Translations under genes and position numbers: made by a program
Shown: piece after piece, positions 24,960 to 35,722 of the stretch
Numbering within the stretch: position 1 is the stretch's first letter
How the letters are laid out: every line of letters starts with the position of its first letter
Assembly (NCBI GenBank): GCA_036172245.1
Contig: JAYWIR010000006.1
Coordinates: 3,162,001-3,226,000 of the forward strand
Length of the DNA: 64,000 nucleotides
Source: Raillietiella orientalis
Lineage: Eukaryota
Reading direction: 5' to 3'
The notes under the pieces: model-generated
The model's database searches: none
Seen by the model: the letters and a program-made list of their open reading frames with translations, nothing else
Told to the model about the DNA's origin: nothing

Positions 24960-26800
24960 CCCCCTGCTTTTCTCCCAGGACTGGGCAGGGTTGCCCCGGT
25001 CGTTTGAAGACCACGGACGGAGGGTAGCGGCTTCCGCTTGCGCGCCCACCGCCCCAGGGTGAGGACTCGCGCCCCGTCCCCTGTGCGGAGGTGTTCCACA
25101 ACACGACCGCGAGCCCTTGGAAGGCCACCGAGCCGCTAGCCGTGGACGTGGTTCGCATGAGTGAAGGGGAATGTTAGGAGACTGCAGGGGAACTGCGTGC
25201 GGGCGAGCGTAGGCCTCGAGGTCGAAAGGAGGGAGCCACGCGCTCCACCCGCCGGCACCTCCGCGTGTTCGTCGGGAACTCCCGGCCAGCGGCGGCGCTC
25301 CGGAATTCGTCCCTGCTCCCTTCTACCTCGGGAAGCTCTCGTCGCCTGGTAGGACTTCAACCGGCTGCGATCTGCGGCATCCTCGGACCAGAGAGTGACA
25401 GCGGGTGGAGCGCGCCGTCGGCATCTCCGCAGCAACAGAGACCTGCAACGCCCTGCGGCACCGAAGGGATCTGGAGGCTCCTTCCCGTCCCTTCCCTTGG
25501 GAGGAGGGCGAGTTTGCGTGGGCTATACCCCAGCTGACCTGCTGACTGGGGTATCTTGGTCGCCGCTGAGGACAAAAGACAGGAGCGGAGACCCACGGAA
25601 AAGGGAAATGTGGCTCCAACGGTGGTGCTGCGAGCGGCGCCAATGCCTACCCGGTGGCGCGCACGCTACACCTCCCGAGTGGCGTTCTGCGCAGGACCTC
25701 TGTGTCTTCGTGCCTCAGGGCACTGCGGACTCTCCTCTCCCCTCCTCCTCCTTGAGCACGACGCACGCTGAAGCGCCGCTGAACCCAGCTGAGTTTCAGC
25801 ACGACGACGGGACGGGACTCCTCGCGCGTGGTCTGGAGCAAAGTGAATAGGAAAGGGAGGGGGTCCCTCCCTACCTCCTCCCCGCCCTAAAGCGTTCCGA
25901 GATGCTGCTCATGAACTTCCTGCTGCAGAAGGAGAGCGAGGATTCGATCCTCTCGCGCGGTCCAGAGCGGGTGGATGCAGGGGACGCACGGTTCGACCGG
26001 AGGGGGCAATTGCACCGAGGAAGGGCCTGGTTCGAAAGGGGGGGGAGGGGCAGGACGGAGGGAGAGGGAGCCACTGGCTGCGACAGGGAGCGTGCCGAGT
26101 TCGCGTGCGCCCGCTACTGGGGCTCGTAACTCGCACTTTCGCCGCTGCTTCTAGGCGGGCGCTGCGAAGCATGCGACCTGTCGCTACGAAGCGCGTGCGC
26201 GATCAACTTCCGGAGGAGGGAGCTCCCGGAAGTTGCGAGGGCGCGTGCCCCGTGCCCCTTCCTTCCCCTGCTCGGGGTCGGGAATTCCGTCTGGGAGGAG
26301 GGGGAGAGAGGAACGAACGTGACCTCGGGCGCGCTGCCTCGGAGCCGGAGAAGACCCGGGCGCAGACCCGCTCGCCCGATCGGACCGGAAGGGGGACGTG
26401 GTCTCCTGGAGGCTGGATGGGGGTCAGGGTCTGGGTCATGAAGATCTCCTGGCCCTGCTGTAGGGGGACGCCCACGTCGCTCCTTCCGAGAAGTCTGGAG
26501 CCTTCAAGGAGAAGGCGGGTCCCTGAGACGCTCGCCCCTGCCTCGCCTTTTGGGCAATGCCAGCGGCGCTCGCGCATGGCCACCGGCAGCGCGGAAAAGC
26601 GGGGAATCTCGTTGTCTGGACACGGTCCTTCGCGTTATCCTTGGAGACGGGAAGCGTTCGAGAGAAGCCACCGCCGCCCTCCCTGCTTTCCAGGAGTCTC
26701 GCAGGCCGGCCTGGAGGTTGGCCTTTCAAGAGGCCGACCAAGGGTGTGGCGCCCAGAGGAGGGGCTTCGCAGGAAATGCCCACCCTGGCGGGAGGGAAGC
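24960..26800 (+). mobile_element. Decayed R1/LOA-like RT fragment
   Basis: RPLLGLVTRTFAAASRRALRSMRP (R..LL.IT.A.RT.S..AL...P-like) and ISLSGHGPSRYPWR (LSGHG.F..YL.R-like) in ORF 26105-27343; GYTPADLL (YADDL-like) upstream. Confidence 0.55.
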
Positions 26801-28586
26801 AAGACGCGCCCCGGAAGGGGGCGCACCCGCGGTGGGCAAGCGAAGCGTCGTGTTGCTCACAGGGAAGGCCCCTTTCCCGCTCTCCCTTCCAGGAGAGGCT
26901 CCGGCCAGCACGCTCGCCCTCCCCGGGCATCAGAAGAAAGGTGTGGGGGCGCTGTTGCTCCGGTTTCTCGGGTCCTCTTGGAGATGGCGCTAGAAGGCGT
27001 GCGGGTCTCGTGCGACTCGGACTTCGAGCTTAGGCCCGCCGGCCCCCTCGGTTCGCGGGGCAACCCAAACGTCCGCCGTCGCCGCAGCGCGAGGAAGAGG
27101 GAACGAGTCCCCTCCCCCCCCGGTAGTCCTTTGGGAAGTGCCCTCTCCCGCACTCCTTTCTGCGGCAGCGACGACGGCGCTCATTCGGCGGAGAGGGAGG
27201 GCACAGGTCCAAGCGGATGCGAGAGGGCGGCCAGCCACGCATCTCCGCAGGCGAGTCCCACTCTGTACTCGCATTCGTTCGTCCGCTATTACAAGGCGAC
27301 GATGCCGCTGCGCCTCGTTGCTTCGCAGAGACGCAGCGAATGAGTGCTAGAAAAAGGAGCGCACGTGGCAAACGCCTGCAACGAATTTGCCCGTCCTTTC
27401 GCACCGCTCCAGATCCATAAATAAATAAATAAATAAATGAAAGGACGCAAATAATTAGGACGAAAAAAGGCCCGAGCCTCTCGAAATGCACGCAGGCTCG
27501 AGTCGAGGTCTCTTCCAGAAGAAGGCTGAGCCAAAGCGATGCTCAACACACGACGTGAGCGCAGCTTCTGATCGGCACCAGCCGCTTTTCACTTTGCAAT
27601 ATTTCACTACGAGGAAGAGGAAGAAAAAAAGTGGAATCGATAAGAAAACAAATCACACATCACACCTTCGTTTATTGATTTTACGCGCGATTCGAAAGCA
27701 ATTATAATACCGCAGTTTCGAGTACATAAACACTTGGGTGATGGAAAGTGCGGGGAGCAAGAAGGGGGAAAAAAAAGGCAAAAAAGGAAAGAAAGAAGGA
27801 GAAAAAGAAAAAAAAAAAAAGGAAAGCAAAAAAGGAAGAAAAAAAAGAAGAGGGAGGGGGGGGGGGAGGAGAAAAGGAAAAGAAGAAGAAAAAAAAGACA
27901 TCGCCGCAGCGTTTTCGTTTCATGGTGTCAAGCGCCTCGGGGTCTTCTGACTGTGCTGCGACATCCAGTGGTCACTGTTGTCCGCATCTCCAAGAACGGG
28001 ACGCATTCCCCTCCTCCCCCTCTTCTCTTTCCTCTCTCTCTCGCTCTCTTCTTTTTCCTTTAGTTTTTTTTTTTTTTTTTGGCAAATTTCGGTATCCAGG
28101 GAAACGGCAACAATGCACGGAACACATAAAAAAAGATTAAAAATAAAATCCTCCGTGTTTTGTGCTGTCGCTTACGCTACGCGCTCGCGGCGACGGTGTC
28201 TCCGGCGACGGCACGGGAACCATTGTTGCCCTCAGCCGCAAAAGCGAGGATTATTTTGGAATAACCGGGCATTCGAGGACCCAGCGGTCTTCCTCCCCCT
28301 CCCCCCCTCCTGCATTTCTTTACATCGTGTTTCCCCGTGTGGCTTTTCCCCTTCCCCGTAACCTGCCTGCGTGTCGAGTTGCGCCTTTCGTTCTGCGGTG
28401 TTTGCAAGCTGCCGACCACGATACACCACGTGGGGCTAAAATGGGGCGTTCATTGTTACGTTTTTTATCATCTCGGGGAGAAGGAGGAGGAGGAGGAGGA
28501 GGAGGAGGAGCGAAATAAAGAAATATTGTATAAATAATTCTTTCATCGTGCTCGGTGAGAGAGGGAACGAGAATGAAAAAGAAAGA

Positions 28587-28620
<34 letters not shown>

Positions 28621-30382
28621 GGAGGGAGAGAGAGAGAAAGGAAGAAGGAGCAAAAAAAAAAAAAAAAAAGGAAAAAAAAAAAAAAAACAAAAAAAAAAAA
28701 CGCGCATCGAGTCAGCAGCAGCAATCCGTATTACCGAATTCGACGAAACACAAGTGAATCGCTCATTTCTCTCCCCGTTTATTAAACATCACCCTCTAGC
28801 AGCTTGCGAGCACACAAGTGTTTTATTGTTATTTACCAGCATGTAAATTGTGGGATCGGTTCATTGCCGTGCCGGCAGCGTGGGTCAGAGTGTGTGTTGC
28901 TCTGTAAGTCCGCGCATTGCATGCGGACCTGCTTCGGCGGACGTTCATCAAGCGAAGTGAGGCGAAGTTTGTCGTGATTGTGTTCCTCGGCGCTGTTCCC
29001 GGCTGCATGGAAGGAACGTGCTTCCGATGCCTGCCGTCTCTCTCGAAAGGTAAGCACAAAACCTGGCCCCGCGTGTGTGTGTCTGTGTGTGTGTGTGTGT
29101 GTCTGCGCGCGCGCGTGTGTGTGTGTGTGTGTGTGTGTGTGGGGGGTGCACTTTTTTCTGTCCTTCTTTTTGCCTTTCGATCCGCACTTCCTGGCGGTCG
29201 ACGCAGTGCATGCCGGTGGCACCGTTCCCGCGTTATAAAGTTGACGCGCTCTTCCCGCCGCGTTCCAGTTGCGTTTCCCGGGCCAGTTCCTACGGGTGAC
29301 GTGACGGACCGATTTTTCTTTTCCTCTTCTCTTTTTGCTGTGGGTTGTTCCGGTCTATCCTTTTCCTTCCCTCTTTATCGTTCCTTTCTTCTTTTTTTTC
29401 CCCCTCCCCATTTACCTGTGTGCTCCGCGTAACACGCAGCCTGTGACGGTTCGGATTCAATGCCAGATGAAAAGGTGCGCAGAATTTTCGATCCCTGCGT
29501 ATTTCCAATCGGAAAACCGGGGAGAGTGGGAAAAAAGAGGGGAAAAGAAGGGGGCGGGGGGGAGAAAGAAGGAAAAACAAACAACAAAAAACAAGGAAAG
29601 CCCATGGTCGGCGACGGCGGGACCTTTGGCTGCGCTCCTACCCCCCTCCTCCCCCAGCCGACCCCCGTGTTCGGTCCTCCCCTCCCCCCCCCTTTCCTCC
29701 TCCCTGCGAGGTGTCAGGTTTCCTCAGAATCTCGGGGAGACCGTGATCGATCCCGTCGTGCCGTTCGCTGTGGATGCGTCACCTCGGTGACTCGCTAGGC
29801 AGCAGATGCGCGCAAACGCATTCGAGGCAAGTCGTCGGCTCAAGGTCGGAATGCGCCGTTTTTATTATCGGCGCACATCCGATAAGCCGCAGGAAAAGGG
29901 GCCCCTCGGGACTCGTGGGGGCTTCCCCTCCCCCCTTCCGGGGGGGGAGGGGAAGGGAGGGTTCGCGCGCCTTTTTGCCGAAGCTGCGCGGGCGGGAAGG
30001 GCGGGGCGGTGCCTCGCCAGCCGGAGGAACGATCCGCCGCCGCGTGCACCCACGCCGCCATCCCCGGGCGCGGCGGGCAGCGGCGCCGGCGCTCCCCTCT
30101 TCTGCCGGAAGGACGCTTTCGGGAACTTCCTTGTTTGCTCGCTCCTCTGACCTGGAAAGGAAGAACAAACAACGGCACCTCCCTCGTGCTTGCTTTGGCA
30201 GTGCTAGCGGCCTTTCCCGGATGGCGTCTCGCTTCCCGAGGGAAACCTCTCCCTCTTCCCTCCCTCTCGGGCGGGCGGGGAGCTCCCGGCCCCTCCCGCG
30301 CGCGCTCGGCACGCGCTCGCTCGCACCTCGGTCGCCGGACCTTCGCGGACGAAGAGCCGAGCGGGACGTTTTCCTCATCTCG

Positions 30383-30402
30383 CGGGCGTGACGTCACGCC
30401 CG
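30383..30402. promoter_or_regulatory. Perfect 20-bp palindrome centred on a CRE (TGACGTCA)
   Basis: cgggcgtgac|gtcacgcccg; extends to 28 bp with one mismatch. Confidence 0.6.
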
Positions 30403-31859
30403 TGAGCCGTAACGCTGCCGCCGCTGTTGGACGGCGGCGACTCACGCCGCGTGTCGTCGCACTCCTCTTTGTCGTTGTCGCTGACCCCCTTCTGCGTGAG
30501 GTGGGCGTGCGCGAGGGGAGGGGGAAGCCGCCGCTAGCAGGGCGAGAGACCCCCCCCCCCCTTCCGTCCCCGCTCTTCCCCTGGATACCCTCGGAAACGG
30601 CGTCCGCCGTCGGCAAGTGACTACCCTGCGTGGATTCGTTTGCGTTCGGTAGAACCGCCGAAGAAGACTGGTCGCGAAGGGTGGTGGGGTGGGGTGGGAG
30701 GTGCTGGTAGTGGCCTGGATATGGGGTCGTCGTCGCGATCCCTGGAGCGCGGAACCTGCGGCGTCCGAGGCGTGTGCAGATCCTCCGCTGGCGGCAACGA
30801 GCTCGGGCAACGGCGCCCCTGCAAGGCCCTGACGACCCCGTAAGGGGGAAGACGGTGACGGCTGTTTGCCTGCCCTCCCCCCCCCCGCCTCCTCTTCCCG
30901 TCCCTCTCCGCGCACCTCGTACGGCGGCAGCGGCAGCGTTTTCGCGCGTGCGCCTCACGTGACCCGCGCGCGTTTCCTCCTCGAGGGCCTCCCGGCCTGT
31001 CCGGCGGGCGTCCCGTTGCCAGGCTACCGGAAGCCTTCGCCGCCCGCTGCCGTCGTCGTCCGCGGAGAGGGAAGGAGGAAGACCTCGTTCGGGTTTGCAG
31101 CGGGAGGCAGCCGTGGCCGGATCGCCGCTGACCTGCGGATGCCGCCGCTGCTCTCAAGCCGGAGCACCGCGAGGCGGCCGCAGCGACCATTCGCGGCCCT
31201 ACGGCGGCGGCCGCGGAGAAAAACGCCGGCGGGCGTGTTTGCGCACGCCTCGTTTACGTGTCTGGTGTGTTCGTGTAGGTGTGCGCGTGTGTGCAGAGGG
31301 AGGAACGAGGGGGTGGGTTCTGCAGGTTTCGGAAGGAAAAAAAAAAAAAAAAAAAAGGAGGAAAGGACACGCACCCTTTGTCCCCTCGGAGGGCCCCCGC
31401 CGCGAGGGGCGTGCGCGCACCGCGCGGAATGCGCGTCCCGCGCCCGGGGAGCCGGAGAGGGAAGAAAAAGGAAAGGAGCCCCTCGCGCGCGCGGTCGCTC
31501 TGCCGCAGCTCCCCCCTCCCATTCGTGGGCACCGGCGCAGCGATCGCCGGAGGGCAGACATCCGTGCTGAATCCGAACGCGTGGTACTCCCTGGCCGGTT
31601 CGCGAGCGCACGGTGGGAAACATCCAGCCTTCCTTTCGGCAACTGGTGGGGGGGGAGGGGAGGAGGGAGAGCCTTTTTCTCCCCACCCTCCCGCCCCGTG
31701 TCCCGCGCGCGCGCTCTCCCGGTACGCTTCGCCCGGAAAAAGCTGAACTTCCCTTAAGTCATTATCAGCAGGCAGTCGTCTTTTCGGGAACGAGACCGCC
31801 AACCCCTACCCACATAAATAAATGTGGATGCTCGCGTCATCAAGATGGATTTGGATTAA

Positions 31860-31935
31860 CTTGTTTGTTTTGTTTGCACGTACTGCTGATAAGCACTTGC
31901 GTAACCTAGCAACCACTTGGTAAGCAGTAAACAAA
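31860..31935. promoter_or_regulatory. Candidate enhancer: RFX X-box + forkhead + GATA motifs
   Basis: GTAACCTAGCAAC 31901-31913, GTAAACA 31927-31933, TGATAA ~31887 and TGTTTGTTT ~31862, in a non-repetitive lower-GC island. Confidence 0.45.
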
Positions 31936-34249
31936 GCCGCCTGGCAGTTCCGAAAACAATCCATGCTTCCAGTGATTTCGCAATATCGACCTTCCTGTGA
32001 TCAGATTTTTCCTCCTCCTCTCTCGACGGGGCATCCTGGGGGGGAGGGGAAGGGGGGGGACTCGGAAAAAAAAAAAAAAATAAAAAGGAAGGAGTTCGCG
32101 CGCGCCCGTTCCGGAAAGGAAGAAGAAGAAAAAAAAAAAATTCGCGAAATTCCTCCCCCCCCTCTCCCCCTCCCTCTTTCGCTTCGTCCCTCCCTCCCTC
32201 CTCCCGTGCCGATAGAGCCTCCTCGCTTTCGGGACCAGTCGGGACGTGCACGCGGCACCCGCTTTCCTTGCGGGAGTGTGTTTTCCCTCCCAAGGCGCCC
32301 GTGTCCCCCCCCGTGGCATTTTTTTTGCATGCGCTTCGAGTCGTTGCCGCACTCGGCGCGCGCGAACCTCGCGTGTCACCTCGGTGTGCACCGCCGGAGA
32401 AAATTCGGGAGGGAAGGAAGGCGCTCGCGGGATGCGCCTCGATCCCCGGAGGTGTGCCTTCCTGGACTTCCTCTTCGGATGGACGCTCGTGGAAGTAAGT
32501 GCGCCCCCCCCTCCTCCCTTTCCTCCTTTCTCTTCCCCTTCCGCTTCTCCCTTTTCCTGTTTTTTTTTTTGGGGGGGGGGGGAGAGGGAGTGCGTTACAC
32601 AGAGAGGGGGTCAAAAAAATGGTGGCCGCGACTTTCCTGCCCTCGCTCGCGGCCCGGTTCCGTGCCGGGGCTGCGGGGAAGCAAACCGACTCGCTCGTGC
32701 CGGAAGACCGTGGCTCCGATCGTGGTCGAACTTGGTATTTGCGGGATGTGGGTCTCCCCCCCCCTTCCCTTCCTGCACGCACGCACCACCCCCGCCGGTG
32801 CTTCGCCCCGTGCGCCCACCGAGTAGTAAGTCGCGCGCGCGCGGGAGGCCCCCTCCCCCCCTCTTCGGCGTCGGGGGAGGCCGGCCGCGTGCGTTGTGCG
32901 GCGCTTCCGAGGTTGGTCGCCGCCGTCGCTGTGAGCCCTGGACGGTGTTCGGGATCAGACAGGAGGAAGTGGTGCTCCCCTCCCGGGGGGAACCCTTTGT
33001 TTACTCTGCTCGTTGTTTTCACAACAATCGGGATTCCTCCTCCTCCTCCACCTCTCGCTTTTTGTTTTTGTTTTCTTTCGAGAGGGAAGCGCCGGGCTGA
33101 TTTTTTTTTGGTTCTTTATTTGCCTTTTTTCTTCTGCGTTCTCTCTCCTCGAGATCTCCGTACCAGTAGCTTCTGCACCGGCGGAGATGGGAGATCTGCA
33201 TGCTTTCCAGTTTCCGGCGAGAACTTTGCATTCTGTGATTCCTTCCCCCCCCCCCCCCCCATTTCCATAAATTCGTCCGAGGCATCAGCGGAACGTCGCT
33301 CCGCAGTGACGTCACCATCGAATCGGAGACGAGCGCGAAACGCCGCTTTCGAGCTGGAGATTTATGGCACGCTTGCAGCAATTATGACGAAAGATTTATT
33401 TTCCGTTAATTAGTGAATTCATGTAATCTTTTTTTCCTTTCTTCTTCTTTCCTTTTTTTTTTTTTTGTGTGTGTGTGTGTATGTTCCGGCTTCTCTCATC
33501 GGACAGGAAAAAAAAGAATCTCGAAACAAATCCACCGAAAATGAAGCAGGGAGGCATTTTATTTTATTTTATTTTATTTTTTTTTAAAAAAAGGGAACTT
33601 TCAAACGTAAACTCGAAAATTTTCCAGCCGGAACCTCGTACTCCGTGTGTGGGTGCGTGTGTGTGATCCTCCAGTTTGACCCCTGCGACCCGTTTCGTTT
33701 CGCGTCTTCCCGAGAGCACCGCTGTCGTGCCATGGTGCGCCTCCTTTCGGTTCATCGGAGTGTGGTTGCTTGTTCTTCGGCAAGCTCCAGTGGTCACCGT
33801 GTCGACCGGCCAGTAGTGAATCTTGGCTCTTTGTTAAGGGGGGGGGGAGGAGAGAGAGAGAGAGGGAGGAAGGTAGGGGGAGGTGAGGAGGGGAAATCGT
33901 CTTTCAGGTCAGGCGCACTTGTCCCCCTGTTTCGGATCGCAGCCAGCAGCGGTGCGAAAGGGTTCCTCCAGCCCTGGTGCTTCGTGGTGCGCGGAGGCGC
34001 CATCTAGGCGTGCCCGGCGCGCTTCTCCTTCCGCTTGGTGAAGAGGCATCGTCAGCTGCATGCTGTATAATCGTGTAAATAACGTACCTGTTTTGCTCCG
34101 GGGGGCTGGACGTGTCGATGCTCAGGAAAATCTTCAGCAGCTGCCCTGCTGAATCATTCGGACTCTTTCATCTGGACGCCAACAGCCCCCCCCCAGTAAC
34201 GCCCGTGTTTCCGAAGAGCAGGGCTGCGCGCGGATATCCCTGTCGCCGT

Positions 34250-34325
34250 TCTTGTTTGTTTCCTGCGAACTTATCGGAGTAGCCATCGGTTACCACAGGC
34301 AACCGCTGTTGTCACATGACGTGTA
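34250..34325. promoter_or_regulatory. Candidate enhancer: X-box-like + E-box
   Basis: GTTACCACAGGCAAC 34289-34303; GTCACATGAC 34311-34320. Confidence 0.4.
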
Positions 34326-34754
34326 TTGTGTTGGCAGAGTCGTCCTAACCTGCATCCGAAAAAAATAAAAAAATAAAAGAGCGTCTTTTCGCCTTGGGAT
34401 CGGACGGAAACGCCGTCGTCATCCGTGTCACAGCTGTCTTATCACCAGGTGAAAGACTTCGCGCGGGCGCGCGCTTGTTTCTTTGTGCGCGCGCGAGGCT
34501 TGCGGAGCGGCGAGAGAGAGAGAGAGAGGGGGGGGGGGAGTTGGTTCTCAGCGGCACTTTCTCCCCTCATCCCAGCGTCTTCCTGTTCTCCGTCCTCGAG
34601 TGCGGGAGGGACGACAGGCACACGGAGGACAGCAGGAAGATCCGGCCGTGAAAAAAATCTCTTCCGAGCGAGAGACGCCTGCCTCCCGCCCGCAGCCGCC
34701 GCCGCCTTTCTCAGCTCCCCTCCCCTCCCCCTTCCTCCCCCCGTGCATTCAGCG

Positions 34755-34790
34755 GCAGCCATCTTTGTTTACATGGCGGATGAGGTACGG
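34755..34790 (+). other. Candidate alternative promoter/first-exon end (ATG GCG GAT GAG|gtacgg)
   Basis: Back-to-back YY1-type motifs GCCATCTT (34758) and ATGGCGG (34773) around TGTTTAC; donor-like GAG|GTACGG at 34784/34785. Confidence 0.3.
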
Positions 34791-35630
34791 AATGCTCTGT
34801 GGTTGTGGGTTCGACGCTCGGCCGACACCGAGCTGCTGCTGGCTGAAACGGAAAACCAGCGAGCAGGAGCAAGCGATTTCGGGAGGGAGAAAAAGAAGAG
34901 AGAGAGAGAGAAAAAAAAGACAGGATTGGTGGTAGCGCGAGAGGAGTGGGTCCGATGCTGAATGGGACGGTCGCCGCTATTGCACACCGCAGTTGCTGTG
35001 CTCCGTGTCCAGCGAGCTGCTCTTTTCTTTCTTTCTTTCTGACGTCACGAGGCGTTCTTTCGGCAAAGTGTGGATTTTGAGGGGGGGGGGGCTGGTTGTG
35101 GGTGGAAAAAGCAGAAATCTGTGGGTTCCGCAGGGTCTTCCTCCCCCCCCCCTCCTCGTGCCATTCATCAGTCACTTCTTTTCTTCTTCCCTCTTTCTTT
35201 CCTTTTTTTTTTTTTTTTCCCACAAAAAAAAAGCTCTCGCTGCAAGAGACAGTGGTGGCCCGGGTTCTTTCCTCCTCCAAGACGAATCGAGGCGACCTAC
35301 ACCTCTTTGGCGTGTCATCGCAGCGCCGTTCGCGTTCCCGGAGCTCCCATCTCCGGATGCGAATCCCTTCATCTCATTTCTGCTGTCCCGGTCGGGGGGA
35401 ACTTCTTGGGGAAGGGGACAGGATTCGTTCCCTCCCTCCCTCTCCAAAAAAAACGAAAAAAACGAAAAAAAAAAAAAATGCCGGTCAAGAACGTCGGATC
35501 TTTCCTTCCTCTTGTTGCTCAACTTGTTTTGATTTTTTTTTTTTTCCCTCTCTCCCTCTCTGCCTCTCTCTCTCTCTCTCTGTGCAAAGCTCCTATTATG
35601 TGTTTCTCCATTGCCTTGTCCCGAAAATAG

Positions 35631-35722
35631 AAATTTCGAGAGTGAAAGTGAGGCAGAAGAAGAAGAAACGCTCGTTGCAAAACACAGCGGCCGAGATTGC
35701 GTGTTTGTTGCGTTTTTTCAAG
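35631..35722 (+). other. Candidate internal exon (92 nt), product unknown
   Basis: Pyrimidine-rich upstream region and aaatag| acceptor; strong donor CAAG|GTGAGC; purine-rich interior. No recognisable peptide. Confidence 0.3.

Noticed and set aside
26105..27343. Longest ORF (412 aa) as a gene
   Set aside because: Arg/Pro/Gly/Ser-rich GC artefact that only grazes decayed RT motifs; no coherent domain.
31856..33022. 388-aa minus-strand ORF (also 10499-11518, 45307-46284, 58100-59080)
   Set aside because: These translate homopolymer runs and microsatellites; expected in stop-poor GC-rich DNA.
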